The notes: generated from the letters alone by a model not told the origin. A stretch of 64,000 nt of DNA from Eledone cirrhosa (GCA_964016885.1 OZ024749.1:5642001-5706000), one strand, 5' to 3'. Numbered from the stretch's first letter, positions 1-13,966 are shown. Program-made: numbers and translations.

Positions 1-233
1 GGTAGTGGTGTGCCAGTGGTGGTACCAGTGGTGTGCCAGTGGTGTGGTAGTGGTGTGGTAGTGGTGTGGTAGTGGTGTGCCAGTGGTGTGGTAGTGGTGT
101 GGTAGTGGTGTGGTAGTGGTGTGGTAGTGGTGTGGTAGTGGTGTGGTAGTGGTGTGGTAGTGGTGTGCCAGTGGTGTGGTAGTGGTGTGGTAGTGGTGTG
201 CCAGTGGTGTGCCAGTGGTGTGGTAGTGGTGTG
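1..233. repeat. 11-bp minisatellite (GGTAGTGGTGT)n, truncated by window edge
   Basis: Tandem GGTAGTGGTGT units with GCCAGTGGTGT variants. Confidence 0.9.
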
Positions 234-324
234 CTCTACATTCGACTAACATCTGTACAATATCACAGCAACATAGAGAAGTGTGAAGTCGAGTTTTCTA
301 TCAGAAGACAGATTCTAACAAATA

Positions 325-1800
325 AATACACACACACACTATGCAGATATACGTACACACACACACTATTCAGATATACATACATACACACACACTATTC
401 AGATATGCATACATACACACAATCTATGCAGATACACATACATACACACACACTATTCAGATATACATACATACACACACACTATTCAGATATACGTACA
501 CACACACAATCTATGCAGATATGCATACATACACACACACTATGCAGATATACGTACACACACACACACACTATGGAGATATACGTGTACACACACACAC
601 ACTATGCAGATATACATACACACACACACACACACTATGCAGATATACATACATACACACACACACACTATGCAGATATACGTACACACACACAATCTAT
701 GCAGATATACATACACACACTATGCAGATATACGTACACACACACGATCTATGCAGATATACATACATACACACACTATGCAGATATACGTACACACACA
801 CGATCTATGCAGATATACATACACACACACACTATGCAGATATACATACATACACACACACACTATGCAGATATACGTACACACACACACTATGCAGATA
901 TACATACATACACACACACTATTCAGATATACATACACACACACACACACTATGCAGATATACGTACACACACACTATGCAGATATACATACACACACAC
1001 ACTATGCAGATATACGTACACACACACACACTATGCAGATATACATACACACACACACACTATGCAGATATACGTACATACACACACACTATGCAGATAT
1101 ACGTACATACACACACACTATTCAGATATACGTACACACACACACTATGCAGATATACATACATACACACACACTATTCAGATATACATACATACACACA
1201 CACTATTCAGATATACATACATACACACACACTATTCAGATATACATACACACACACACACACTATGCAGATATACATACACACACACTATTCAGATATA
1301 CATACACACACACACACACTATGCAGATATACGTACATACACACACTATGCAGATATACGTACATACACACACTATTCAGATATACGTACACACACACAC
1401 TATGCAGATATACATACATACACACACACTATTCAGATATACATACACACACACACACTATTCAGATATACATACACACACACACTATGCAGATATACGT
1501 GCATACACACACTATGCAGATATACATACACACACAGTGAACAGATATACGTACACACATACGTACACACACACACAATGTGCAGACGTCGACATACATA
1601 CACATACATGCATACACACATACATACATACACACGTAGTAAACCCTACATATAAACACTATACACAGATATACGTACACACACACACAATGTGCAGACG
1701 TAGATATATGTATACACAAACACTTATAGTAAACCATATACACACACACACATACACACATACAATGTGCAGACGTAGATATATGTACACACACAGCATT
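325..1800. repeat. CA-rich compound minisatellite, (CA)n-CTAT(G/T)CAGATATAC(G/A)TA units of about 25-35 bp
   Basis: Dozens of CTATGCAGATATAC/CTATTCAGATATAC cores separated by variable (CA)n; explains the His/Thr/Tyr ORFs. Confidence 0.9.
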
Positions 1801-1869
1801 ACACATGGTGAATCATATGCACACACACTAAACTATATACATATACACTACTACACAAATACTAAGTCA

Positions 1870-2335
1870 AACACACACACTACCATACACACGCATATAC
1901 ACACTACCACACACACACACACACTACCACACACAAACACACATGCATATACACACTACCACACACAAACACACACGCATATACACACTACCACACACAC
2001 ACTACCACACACAAACACACATGCATATACACACTACCACACACAAACACACACGCATATACACACTACCACACACACACACACTACCACACACAAACAC
2101 ACATGCATATACACACTACCTCACACACACACATGCATATACACACTACCACACACACACACACACATGCATATACACACTATCACATGCACACTACCAC
2201 ACAGTCTCATGCATATACACACTACCACACACAGTCTTACATACTGTCGCACACAGGTGTGAAAACACGAGGATACACACATGCATACACATGCACACAC
2301 ATCTTCCACACACACACACACACACATACATATCA
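1870..2335. repeat. CA-rich repeat with CACTACCAC / CATGCATATA cores
   Basis: Direct inspection. Confidence 0.85.
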
Positions 2336-2787
2336 CTAGCTAGTTATACTTATATATATATGCACTACATATACATACATACATGCTGGCTGCCAACTCG
2401 TTTTCGAGTACGGCCACTACTTTATATCCATGTAGGAGAACCCCTACCGATGCGCTGAACGAGTGTGACTTATTATTCCAGCCAGTGACTTGAAAACTCT
2501 GGTACAAACACTACACTTGTGACAATTATTGACACATAGTGCTGGGCCCATGGTACCATGTGACGGCAAGTGCAGAGAGATCTCCAGATATAAAGCAATG
2601 CCTGTGCCGTGAAGCTTTTATAGTGAGCAAAGGCGCTGCACAAAGCCAGTCCCACTCTCTTAACCAAGATGATATTTACCAAAAAGAAGAACAAGTCAAC
2701 ATCATTGGATACCATCAGGGTTGCAGGTGTTACATCAGAGTTTTCCTTCTCCTAGAATTCTGCCTTAACAAACATACATACATGCAT

Positions 2788-3259
2788 ACAGACCAGATAT
2801 TATATGAATGAGGGAAAAGAAAGCTTGCAAAGTAGTGGAAATTAGCTGCCCAGCAGATGCCAATATAATTACCTTCGCCATTCTGAGTTCAAATCCCGCC
2901 GAGGTTAACTATGACTTTCATCCTTACGGGGTCGATAAAATAAAGTACCAGTAATACACTGAGTAATTTGCTGGCCTTGTGCCAAAATTAGAAACAATAT
3001 AATATTAAGAATTAGCGAAAAGGAGAATATTTATGCAGAACTGATGAGAAATCTGCAGATACTCCACCCTGATCACACCTTCAGATGTATACCTGTGATT
3101 ATTGGGGCACTGGGGTATGTTAGTAACTGCCTCAATACAAATCTTGAGAAGCTGGGTTTCACAGGAACAGAAAGAACACAACTAGTTAGGAAACTACAAG
3201 TACAATCCATTAATGGAACAGTAAAAATATGTAAAACATTCCAAACATTTTGCATCTAA
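2788..3259 (+). mobile_element. 3' fragment of an R4/Dong-like non-LTR retrotransposon (restriction-like endonuclease domain), split by a SINE
   Basis: Translation RPDII...KACKVVEISCPADANI [SINE] ISEKENIYAELMRNLQ...IPVIIGALG...KLQVQSINGTVKICK matches the RLE pattern RPD..E..P..N..EK..Y..L..PvviGaLG. Confidence 0.8.
2871..2996 (+). mobile_element. tRNA-derived SINE family A, 5'-truncated, with probable TSD CAATATAAT
   Basis: B box GTTCAAATCC plus core CTTTCATCCTTACGGGGTCGATAAAATAAAGTACCAGT; CAATATAAT at 2861-2869 and 2995-3003. Confidence 0.9.
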
Positions 3260-3807
3260 TAACTGCATATACACATGTACATATACAAAGCATATACACA
3301 TGCACACATACAACTCAAAACATCCACATCCACACATACAATAACACCCATATCTACACATGCACGCATACATACATATCTACCTAGCTGATGTGTAAAT
3401 TCCAATGAGAGAGTCTTGTGTCTATGTTAGAAACCGACTCTATTGGGAAAACTTTGTGAAATCATAAAACCAGAAGAACATACATACACACACACACACA
3501 CACACATAATGGCTGCCCCCTCGTTATCGAGTATGGCCATTGCACGAGAGAAAAAAATACCTACATACATACACACACACGGCATATATACATACACATT
3601 CATATATATATATATATACATGCACACAAACATATTGATCCATATACATGCATATGTGCATACATATCTCTATATAGGAAACACTCACATACATATGTAC
3701 ATATAAGCATATATAGCTACACACACACACACACACTCTCAGCACAGATACCAACATTAATTCATATCACTTTATCAAAGAATTCCTCAAATGTACCTCA
3801 CTCAAAT

Positions 3808-4910
<1,103 letters not shown>

Positions 4911-4926
4911 CTCTGGTTTTATAATG

Positions 4927-5650
4927 TGTATTACTGGTACTTTATTTTATCGACCTCTACTGATACTGCCAATCCACCCACTTTAATAGTTGTTTATACT
5001 TTTGGCACAAGGCCAGCAATTACTGGTACTTTATTTTATCGACCCCGTAAGGATGAAAGGCAAAGTTGACCTCGCCGGGATATGAACTCAATAATGATGT
5101 CTACCATAGGTTGTGGAATGTGGAGGAGGTAGGTCGATTATATGGAGCCCTATAACAAGTACTTTATTTTTATTGAACCCCCAACCAGAAATATGAAAGA
5201 CAAAATCCCTCAGTTTGCAAATGAGGCTAATCAGCCGATGTATACATTCGAGAATACTATGTATTCTCAGCAGCTCCAGACAAGAGTTAAAGAGCAGAAT
5301 ACACAAACTTGACGAGGAGCAAGACTCCAAAACAAGTAACAATTGTCAATTGTCGATTGTTTGATCTCAGCTACTTCTGGAACAAAAGGTTGACATCGTC
5401 ATCTCTACCACATGGTGTTTTATGAGACTGTTTACTTGTAAACAAACCAAATATTAATAATATTATAGTAATATAATTGTTTCTACTTTAGGCACAAGGC
5501 CAGCAATTACCCAGTGCATTACTGGTACTTTATTTTATCGACCCCGTAAGGATGAAAGCCAAAGTTAACCTCGGCGGATTTGAACTCAGATCATAAAGGG
5601 ACGTAACTATGCTAGACCGCATGGCGTCCGACCCTCTACCAATACTGATA
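4927..5650 (-). mobile_element. SINE family A copies (4927-4980 partial, 4990-5090, 5476-5650)
   Basis: Reverse-strand core GGCACAAGGCCAGCAATT...ACTGGTACTTTATTTTATCGACCCCGTAAGGATGAAAG...TTTGAACTC. Confidence 0.85.
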
Positions 5651-5744
5651 ACTAGTTGCCCCAAGAGGGCCGACCAATCTACCAACCTTTAATACTAATA
5701 ATATTAATAAAGATAACTAAAACAACAAATGTGACAACAACATC

Positions 5745-6160
5745 ACCTGTACCAACACCACCACCACATACCACCACCTACCACCTGTACCACCACCACA
5801 TACCACCACCTACCACCTGTATCACCACCACATACCACCACCTACCACCTGTATCACCACCACATACCACCACCTACCACCTGTACCACCACCACCACAC
5901 ACCACCACCTGTACCTACACCACCCCCTGTACTTAGACCACCACATACCACCACCTGTACCACCACCACATACCACCACCTGTACCACCACCTGTACCAC
6001 CACCTACCACCACATACCACCACCTGTACCACCACCTGTACCACCACCTGTACCACCACATACCACCACCTGTACCACCACCACCACCACATACCACCAC
6101 CATCCACCTGTACCACCACCACCACCTTCCACCTGTAACAACCACAACAACAACAACAAC
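5745..6160. repeat. (ACC)-rich degenerate repeat with CCTGT/CAT interruptions
   Basis: Direct inspection. Confidence 0.85.
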
Positions 6161-6628
6161 AATCAATCATTCACTGAAAGAAAATAATTAAGATGAGGAA
6201 TGTTTATATTATTTACATAGATTTTTTTTTTTCATACCTTAGGAATGGAAATACACACACACACACATACATACATACACACACACACACATACACACAC
6301 ACACACACATAAGCGTACACACAAATATATATATTTAAACACACACGTATTGCACACATAAATATTTAAACACACACGTATACACACACACAAACGTACA
6401 CATACACATATATATATTTAAACATACACACACGTATAAACACACACACATATATATACGTAAACCCGTGTATGTAGACATATATACACACAAACACATG
6501 TGTGGACCCATATGCATGCACACATAAATATGTATGTATGTATGCACACACATATACACACGCATATACACACATATATACACGCATACACACACACACA
6601 CACACACGTATACACACACACATATACA

Positions 6629-6670
<42 letters not shown>

Positions 6671-7218
6671 TACATATATATATATATATACGCCTACCTT
6701 TAATAGACTGAACTACACTCTAACGAACCTTTCAAGAGAGAAGAAACTAATTACTGGACGGGGTTCTCTTACCTTCCACCCACCCCTCACATAACGAAAA
6801 GAAGCCATTTTCTTACAGATTTCAATGATAATGTTTATCTTTTCAGATCAGTTAAGATGAAATTTATTTCACTCAAGAAGTTCAGACTGATTAAAATCAC
6901 AGCTTCTTGTTTGCTGGATGTCTGTGTGTGTTTTAGAGTGCTTGTGTATGTGTGATTTAGTGTCTGTGTGTATGTGTGTATACATATATATATATATTTG
7001 CAGGTATATGTGTTCATATATATAAATGTATGTATGTATCTATATCTATATCTAGGCACACATACCTATAGATATACACACACACAGATATATATATATA
7101 TATTTAGATATATATATATCCATGCGTGATGTGTGTGTGTATATGTTTATAGGTAGCTCCATATATATATATAGATATACATGTGTGATGTGTGTGTGTA
7201 TATGTTTATAGGTAGCTC

Positions 7219-7267
<49 letters not shown>

Positions 7268-7639
7268 AGAAAACTAATGAACTGAATGTCGTCAACAAAA
7301 CATTCTTAATTGAAATTTCTCTCTAAACATGAGAAAGAAAATGTAAAACCTAACACCTAGCGGCAATTGTTAGAGACAGTCAAAAGAAGGGAAGATAATT
7401 CCATGAAATTCAGAATTATTTTGAAGTGAAATTAAAATGCTGCGGGTAGAAAATCTGACGTTTAAGTTGCAGACAAGGGAAAACTATAGAAATGTTTCAG
7501 TCTATTTGACCTCATCGGTACAATGTAATCTAAAATACCAAGCAGAATATTTGGAATAAATTACAAATATATTTTTCGTCAGCTTAATTTGTATGAAATA
7601 TAAAATGATTTAAATGAACTAACTAAATTAGGCCAATGA

Positions 7640-8088
7640 CATGAATTTGGACAATGATATTATGATATGATGTGTAAATATATATGCTTGCTTTCTATAT
7701 ATCTCTATATGTGAACAAGTACTTATCCAAATTGGAAAATTTGTTGTGTCTATATATGATATTTTTAAGAAGAGGGATTCGATTACATTTGATTGAAAGT
7801 CAAATTTTAGTGATCCTAGACTGATATGTAGCACATAAGAAGAAACACGTGTCAGTGTTATGCAATAAAAGTTATTCCCACGCTTCTGGATTGTGATGTT
7901 TTAGATAATGATTTTGTAAATCTCTATATACTGCGTACATTGTAACACATGGAACATTCAGTGCAACTACCACAGGATTTAGCAATTGGAATAATTCCAC
8001 CGTTGAGTAAAACACGTAAGTGGCTCCTGATTCCTGTTACATAATCAAATAAATTGATTACACTAGCGGAAACTGAATAATTCTGTAA

Positions 8089-8090
<2 letters not shown>
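7640..8090 (-). mobile_element. Possible decayed PLE linker/GIY-YIG fragment
   Basis: Minus-strand SCGSCTECSMC Cys cluster followed by NNFYC; heavily disrupted; adjacent to a PLE foldback. Confidence 0.3.
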
Positions 8091-8123
<33 letters not shown>

Positions 8124-8128
<5 letters not shown>

Positions 8129-8440
8129 AAGAAAAAGAGATGAAATCGAAAATGCAACTGGAGTCTTATTTTTTTTAAAATATATACATATTTATTTGGT
8201 TCCTTTACCGGTTTCGCAGTTCTTCTGCTTTTCAAAAAACCCACAGACCCTCCATCTCAACTCACCTTTTGAAAAGCAGAAGAACTGCGAAACCGGTAAA
8301 GGAACCAAATAAATATATATATTTAAAAAAAAAATAAGACTCGAGTTCCATTTTCGATTTCATCTCTTTTTCTTTATACTTCCACTCGTGTAGGACACCT
8401 CGGTTATTTTTCATTTTGTAAAAAAAACCTCACTTTCTAA
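8124..8440. mobile_element. Penelope-like inverted terminal (pLTR) foldback in a (TA)n tract
   Basis: Arms 8124-8237 and 8267-8378 are reverse complements, 29-bp spacer, unpaired tail to about 8440; carries a hammerhead motif. Confidence 0.75.
8265..8302 (+). ncRNA. Minimal type I hammerhead ribozyme motif, U3:A8 core variant
   Basis: CCTT-TTGAAAA-GCAG aagaa CTGC-GAAA-CCGG-TA-AAGG: stem I CCTT/AAGG, stem II GCAG/CTGC, palindromic ACCGGT stem III. Confidence 0.7.
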
Positions 8441-8616
8441 TATATATATATATATAAATATATATATAATTATAAGGACGAGGAGTTAGATCTTCATTAC
8501 ATTTATTGAGGTGTGACGTGCGTTTCGCGATTGTTCAACTCAAGGCTTGATCTCTATCGATCGGGCCCGACTCTGGAATCAAAAGTGTGTGTGTGTGTGT
8601 GCGTGTGCGTGTCGAA

Positions 8617-9103
8617 CTAGCAGTTGTACCCGGTGTTGCCCGGGGTAAGGTATTTTGGAATGCGGGCCGCCAACAGACCTAATCGTGGAAAAACTGCATG
8701 CCTGGACAATATGTAAAGAAAATAAACCGAATACTCTGATGGCTGGATAATCTTTAAGATTTTCCTCGATGAAGAAGGAAAAATGCAGGTTTTCACCTAA
8801 TGCGGGCCCTAGGCCATAAAAAAGTTGGGTTCTCTTTGATCCCGGTATGAAGAAGAGACTGACTAATGCATAGTTACAATTTCAAGGAAATTGGACTGAC
8901 GTAACGCCTCAAAAGAAACCCTAAAAACCTGAAAAAAACGCAGTTTTTCCCTTAGGGGATCAAAAAGTTGGATTTATGTGCATAACACTCCCTGAAACAT
9001 AAGTAATACACATGTAAAGTTTGAAAAAAATCGCTTGGGTACTTCTCGAGTTTTAGGGATTCAAATGCAGACAGACAGACATCCTCAGTTTTATATATAT
9101 AGA
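8617..9103 (-). mobile_element. Complete non-autonomous Helitron (about 490 bp)
   Basis: Minus strand A|TCTATATATATAAAA...(CTGT)n...CCCGGGCAACACCGGG hairpin...CTAG|T; inserted between A and T with no TSD. Confidence 0.8.
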
Positions 9104-9104
9104 T

Positions 9105-9460
9105 AATAATATTCGAACATTTTGCAAGTAAACAGCCTCATCTTTTTCAGACGACAGTCTACATCCTTTTGTTCTAGCGGTGACAGAGAGAAACTATCGA
9201 CAATATTGCTTCTGGGTTATTGCCCTTTGTCAAGATTGTGTATCCCTGTCACTCACTAGAACTCTTGAGAATATACAGTATACATCGGCTGATCGGTGAG
9301 TGACAGAAAAGAGATACACCATCTTTACAAAGGGCAATAACCCAGAAACAATATTGTTGATACTTTCACTCCGTCACCGCTAGAACAAAAGGATGGCGAT
9401 TGTCGTCTGAAAAATATAGCGTAATGAGGCTGTTTGCTTGCAAAAGAATCAAATATTATT
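9105..9460. repeat. Imperfect foldback (about 150-bp arms, about 40-bp spacer), MITE-like
   Basis: e.g. CATCCTTTTGTTCTAGCGGTGAC / GTCACCGCTAGAACAAAAGGATG and TCTGGGTTATTGCCCTTTGT / ACAAAGGGCAATAACCCAGA. Confidence 0.8.
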
Positions 9461-9470
9461 ATTATTCGAA

Positions 9471-10736
9471 ACGCCGAGGTTAACTTTGCCTATTCATCCT
9501 TACGAAGTCGATAAAATAAAGTACCAGTAATGCACTGGTTAATTGCTGGCCTTGTGCCAAAAGGAGAAACAATTATTATTCGAAACTAGCAGAAAAACCA
9601 CTATTCGGGTGAATTTTCTGCTAGCACGTGTAGTGTGTATATTGATATTATACACACGTATATATACATGTAGATAAGATACATCAAATAAAATCGTAAT
9701 TGACAATATACACAGAAATTGAAGAGAGACTGTGTTACACTGTCTTCTGTAATCAGTAAAGTAATCCATGATACTTTTTAAAAAGACGATATTATATATA
9801 AACTGCATTACGTTTAAATTTTATGAAAACGGAAAAGGAGAAATTAGCGACAGAAATATAAACCTTATATAACGATGCAAATATATGGACGTTTATATAA
9901 GCGATGTAATAAGTGTTATAATATAACTGTTTTTACTTTTGGCACAAGGCCAGCAATCACCCAGTGCATTACTGGTACTTTATTTTATCGACCCGGTAAG
10001 GATGAAAGGCAAAGTTAACCTCGGCGTGATTTGAACTCAGACCATAAAGGGCCGTAACTCTTTGCTGCAGAGCATGGCGTCCGACCCTCTACCGATACTG
10101 CCAATCCACTGTCCTAATATAACGGAATTGTAGACATTAGAACATTTTAAAAGAAGTGAATCTTAAAATAAACAATCATTACGCCCCTTGCCATTCTGAG
10201 TTCAAATCACGCCGAGGTTAACTTTGCCTTTCATCTTTACGGGGTCGATAAAATAAAGTACCAGTAATGTACTGGGTATTTGCTGGCCTTGTGCCAAAAG
10301 TAGAAACAATTATATTATAAGAATGTTTATGTTTAATCAACAGCTACGAAACTTAGTACATAATTTATGTAATATGGCAGTATCGGTAGAGGGTCGGACG
10401 CCATGCTTTCCAGCATAGTTTCGTCCCTTTACGATCTGAGTTCAAATCCCGCCGAGGTTGACTTTGCCTTTCATCCTTACGGGGTCGATACAATAAAAGT
10501 ACCAGTAATGCACTGGGTTATTGCTGGCCTTGTGCCTAAAGTGGAAACAATTATTTATTCAAATTGGCAGTATCGGTAGAGGTTCGGACATGCTTTCCAG
10601 CATAGTTACGTCCCTTTACGATCTGAGTTCAAATCACGCCGAGGTTAACTTTGCCTTTCATCCATACGGGGGTCGATAAAATAAAGTACCAGTAATGTAC
10701 TGGGTAATTTGCTGGCCTTGTGCCAAAAGTAGAAAA
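9471..10736. mobile_element. Cluster of SINE family A copies (9471-9572 +, 9927-10112 -, 10182-10310 +, 10375-10551 +, 10564-10736 +)
   Basis: A-box-like TGGCAGTATCGG, B box GTTCAAATC and the shared core. Confidence 0.9.
9586..9790 (-). mobile_element. Helitron-like 3' end (hairpin plus CTAG|T), second family
   Basis: CTAGCAGAAAA...TTTTCTGCTAG hairpin; homologous copy at 61990-62230. Confidence 0.55.
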
Positions 10737-10844
10737 TTATTTATTCAAAGTAATCCAACTTATTTTACAAACGGGATAAAAAAAATATATATTGAGGACG
10801 CAACCTCGCACGCCTCTCATTATTATATTATGATATAGAGGGCG

Positions 10845-12845
10845 GTGGAGGGTCGGACGCCATGTTAGGGTGGTGGATTGGCAGTATCGGTAGAGGGTCG
10901 GACGCCATGCTGGGGCAGTGGATTGGCAGTATCGGTAGAGGGTTGGACGCCATGCTGGGGTGGTGGATTGGCAGTATCGGTAGAGGGTCGGACGCCATGT
11001 TAGGGTGGTGGATTGGCAGTATCGGTAGAGGGTCGGACGCCATGTTAGGGTGGTGGATTGGCAGTATCGGTAGAGGGTCGGACGCCATGTTAGGGCGGTG
11101 GATTGGCAGTATCGGTAGAGGGTCGGACACCATGTTAGGGTGGTGGATTGGCAGTATCGGTAGAGGGTCGGACACCATGTTAGGGTGGTAGATTGGCAGT
11201 ATCGGTAGAGGGTGGGACGCCATGTTAGGCTGGTGGATTGGCAGTATCGGTAGAGGGTCGGACACCATGTTAGGTTGGTAGATTGGCAGTATCGGTAGAG
11301 GGTCGGACACCATGTTAGTGTGGTGGATTGGCAGTATCGGTAGAGGGTCGGACACCATGTTAGGGTGGTAGATTGGCAGTATCGGTAGAGGGTCGGACAC
11401 CATGTTAAGGTGGTGGATTGGCAGTATCGGTAGAGGGTGGGACGCCATGTTAGGCTGGTGGATTGGCAGTATCGGTAGAGGGTCGGACACCATGTTAGGG
11501 TGGTAGATTGGCAGTATCGGTATAGGGTCGGACACCATGTTAGTGTGGTGGATTGGCAGTATCGGTAGAGGGTCGGACACCATGTTAGGGTGGTGGATTG
11601 GCAGTATCGGTAGAGGGTGGGACGCCATGTTAGGCTGGTGGATTGGCAGTATCGGTAGAGGGTCGGACACCATGTTAGGGTGGTAGATTGGCAGTATCGG
11701 TAGAGGGTCGGACACCATGTTAGTGTGGTGGATTGGCAGTATCGGTAGAGGGTCGGACACCATGTTAGGGTGGTGGATTGGCAGTATCGGTAGAGGGTGG
11801 GACGCCATGTTAGGGTGGTAGATTGGCAGTATCGGTAGAGGGTCGGACGCCATGTTAGTGTGGTGGATTGGCAGTATCGGTAGAGGGTCGGACGCCATGT
11901 TAGTGTGGTGGATTGGCAGTATCGGTAGAGGGTCGGACGCCATGTTAGGGAGGTGGATTGGCAGTATCGGTAGAGGGTCGGACGCCATGTTAGGGTGGTG
12001 GATTGGCAGTATCGGTAGAGGGTCTGACACCATGTTAGGGTGGTAGATTGGCAGTATCGGTAGAGGGTCGGACACCATGTTAGGGTGGTGGATTGGCAGT
12101 ATCGGTAGAGGGTCGGACACCATGTTAGGGTGGTAGATTGGCAGTATTGGTAGAGGGTCGGACGCCATGTTAGGGTGGTGGATTGGCAGTATCGGTAGAG
12201 GGTCGGACGCCATGCTAGGGTGGTGGATTGGCAGTATCGGTAGAGGGTCGGACGCCATGCTAGGGTGGTGGATTGGCAGTATCGGTAGAGGGTCGGACGC
12301 CATGTTAGGGTGGTGGATTGGCAGTATCGGTAGAGGGTCGGACACCATGTTAGGGTGGTGGATTGGCAGTATCGGTAGAGGGTCGGACACCATGTTAGGG
12401 TGGTAGATTGGCAGTATTGGTAGAGGGTCGGACGCCATGTTAGGGTGGTGGATTGGCAGTATCGGTAGAGGGTCGGACGCCATGCTAGGGTGGTGGATTG
12501 GCAGTATCGGTAGAGGGTCGGACGCCATGCTAGGGTGGTGGATTGGCAGTATCGGTAGAGGGTCGGACGCCATGTTAGGGTGGTGGATTGGCAGTATCGG
12601 TAGAGGGTCGGACGCCATGTTAGGGTGGTGGAGTGGCAGTATCGGTAGAGGGTCGGACGCCATGCTAGGGCGGTGTATTGGCAGTATCGGTAGAGGGTCG
12701 GACGCCATGGTAGGGTGGTGGAATGGCAGTATCGGTAGAGGGTCGGACGCCATGCTGGGGCAGTGGATTGGCAGTATCGGTAGAGGGTCGGACGCCATGC
12801 TGGGGCAGTGGATTGGCAGTATCGGTAGAGGGTCGGACGCCATGC
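10845..12845 (+). repeat. 45-bp minisatellite (about 44 units) made of the SINE A 5' head
   Basis: Unit GGGTGGTGGATTGGCAGTATCGGTAGAGGGTCGGACGCCATGTTA equals the SINE 5' end; the last unit runs into the SINE body. Confidence 0.95.
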
Positions 12846-12991
12846 TTTGACGCATAGAGTTATGGCCCTTGCCATTCTGAGTTCAAATCCCGCCGAGGTT
12901 AACTTTGCCTTTCATCCTTACGGCGTCGATAACATGAAGTACCAGTAATGCGCTGGATAATTGCTGGCCTTGTGCCTAAAGTAGAAACAAT
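12800..12991 (+). mobile_element. SINE family A body terminating the 45-bp array
   Basis: GAGTTCAAATCCCGCCGAGGTTAACTTTGCCTTTCATCC...GTAGAAACAA. Confidence 0.9.
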
Positions 12992-13444
12992 TATTTCCAT
13001 TACAAAAACCATTTGTTTCATGTTTCTTGGGGTTAGTTCTGATTTTCACTGTTGTTGCAGTCTTTATATCTCCAGGCATTCGGTACCCCATTACATGATA
13101 TCGTGAACTTGTGATGATATTACTCCATCTATGATTACCTAACATACAATGATATTAATATATATGATATCCTACATACACATGGTATAATGCTTTGTGT
13201 GGGAATTAATATTATGAAGACTCAGCTCTTGTACAATTATATAACATTACTATATAATCAAACCTACTTCTATTCCGTATTAACTAGAGAGGAAGAACTC
13301 CTCGGAAAATGTAACCTGGCTATTATTAACATGTGTGTGTGTGTATGTACACATATATATATCTGTATGTGTATATATATATATATATGTATGCGTCTAC
13401 ATATATATATATATATATATGCGTGTACATGTATGTATATGTGC

Positions 13445-13489
<45 letters not shown>

Positions 13490-13537
13490 CATTCTTACAT
13501 AATAGTTTATTACTAGAATATTGACAATATATTGATT

Positions 13538-13568
<31 letters not shown>

Positions 13569-13626
13569 ATATAATATATATATATATATATATATAATAT
13601 AATATATATATAATATAATATATATA

Positions 13627-13661
<35 letters not shown>

Positions 13662-13910
13662 ATATATATGTATATATATATGTATATAGGAGATGGATGC
13701 ATATTCATGTATGCGATAATGTCTACGTGTTAATGTATGATATCAGCCCTATAACAGTATTTTGAGGGTGTTCCTTCTTTCAGTAGAAAGAATTATCGAA
13801 TCTTGGTTCATTTAATTATTCATACACAATTACTAATCATATAACGAAATTGTATATGTGGGCATTTCCTTCACACACACACACACACACATTCATATGT
13901 GTGTGTATAT

Positions 13911-13966
<56 letters not shown>

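Noticed and set aside
198-2458. Long His/Thr/Tyr-rich ORFs (485, 399 and 552 aa)
   Set aside because: All three frames are open over CA-rich repeats; compositional artefact.
5210-5335. Possible exon LQMRLISRC...ELKSRIHKLDEEQDSKT
   Set aside because: Weak splice sites and no recognisable homology.
8500-8580. Minus-strand CGAAACGCACGTC hammerhead-like 3' half
   Set aside because: No CUGANGA box upstream; at best a truncated PLE relic.
10737-12875. 712-aa and 675-aa 15-residue-repeat ORFs; CRISPR-like or telomere-like appearance
   Set aside because: The unit is SINE sequence, there are no unique spacers or cas genes, and TTAGGG occurs singly rather than in tandem.
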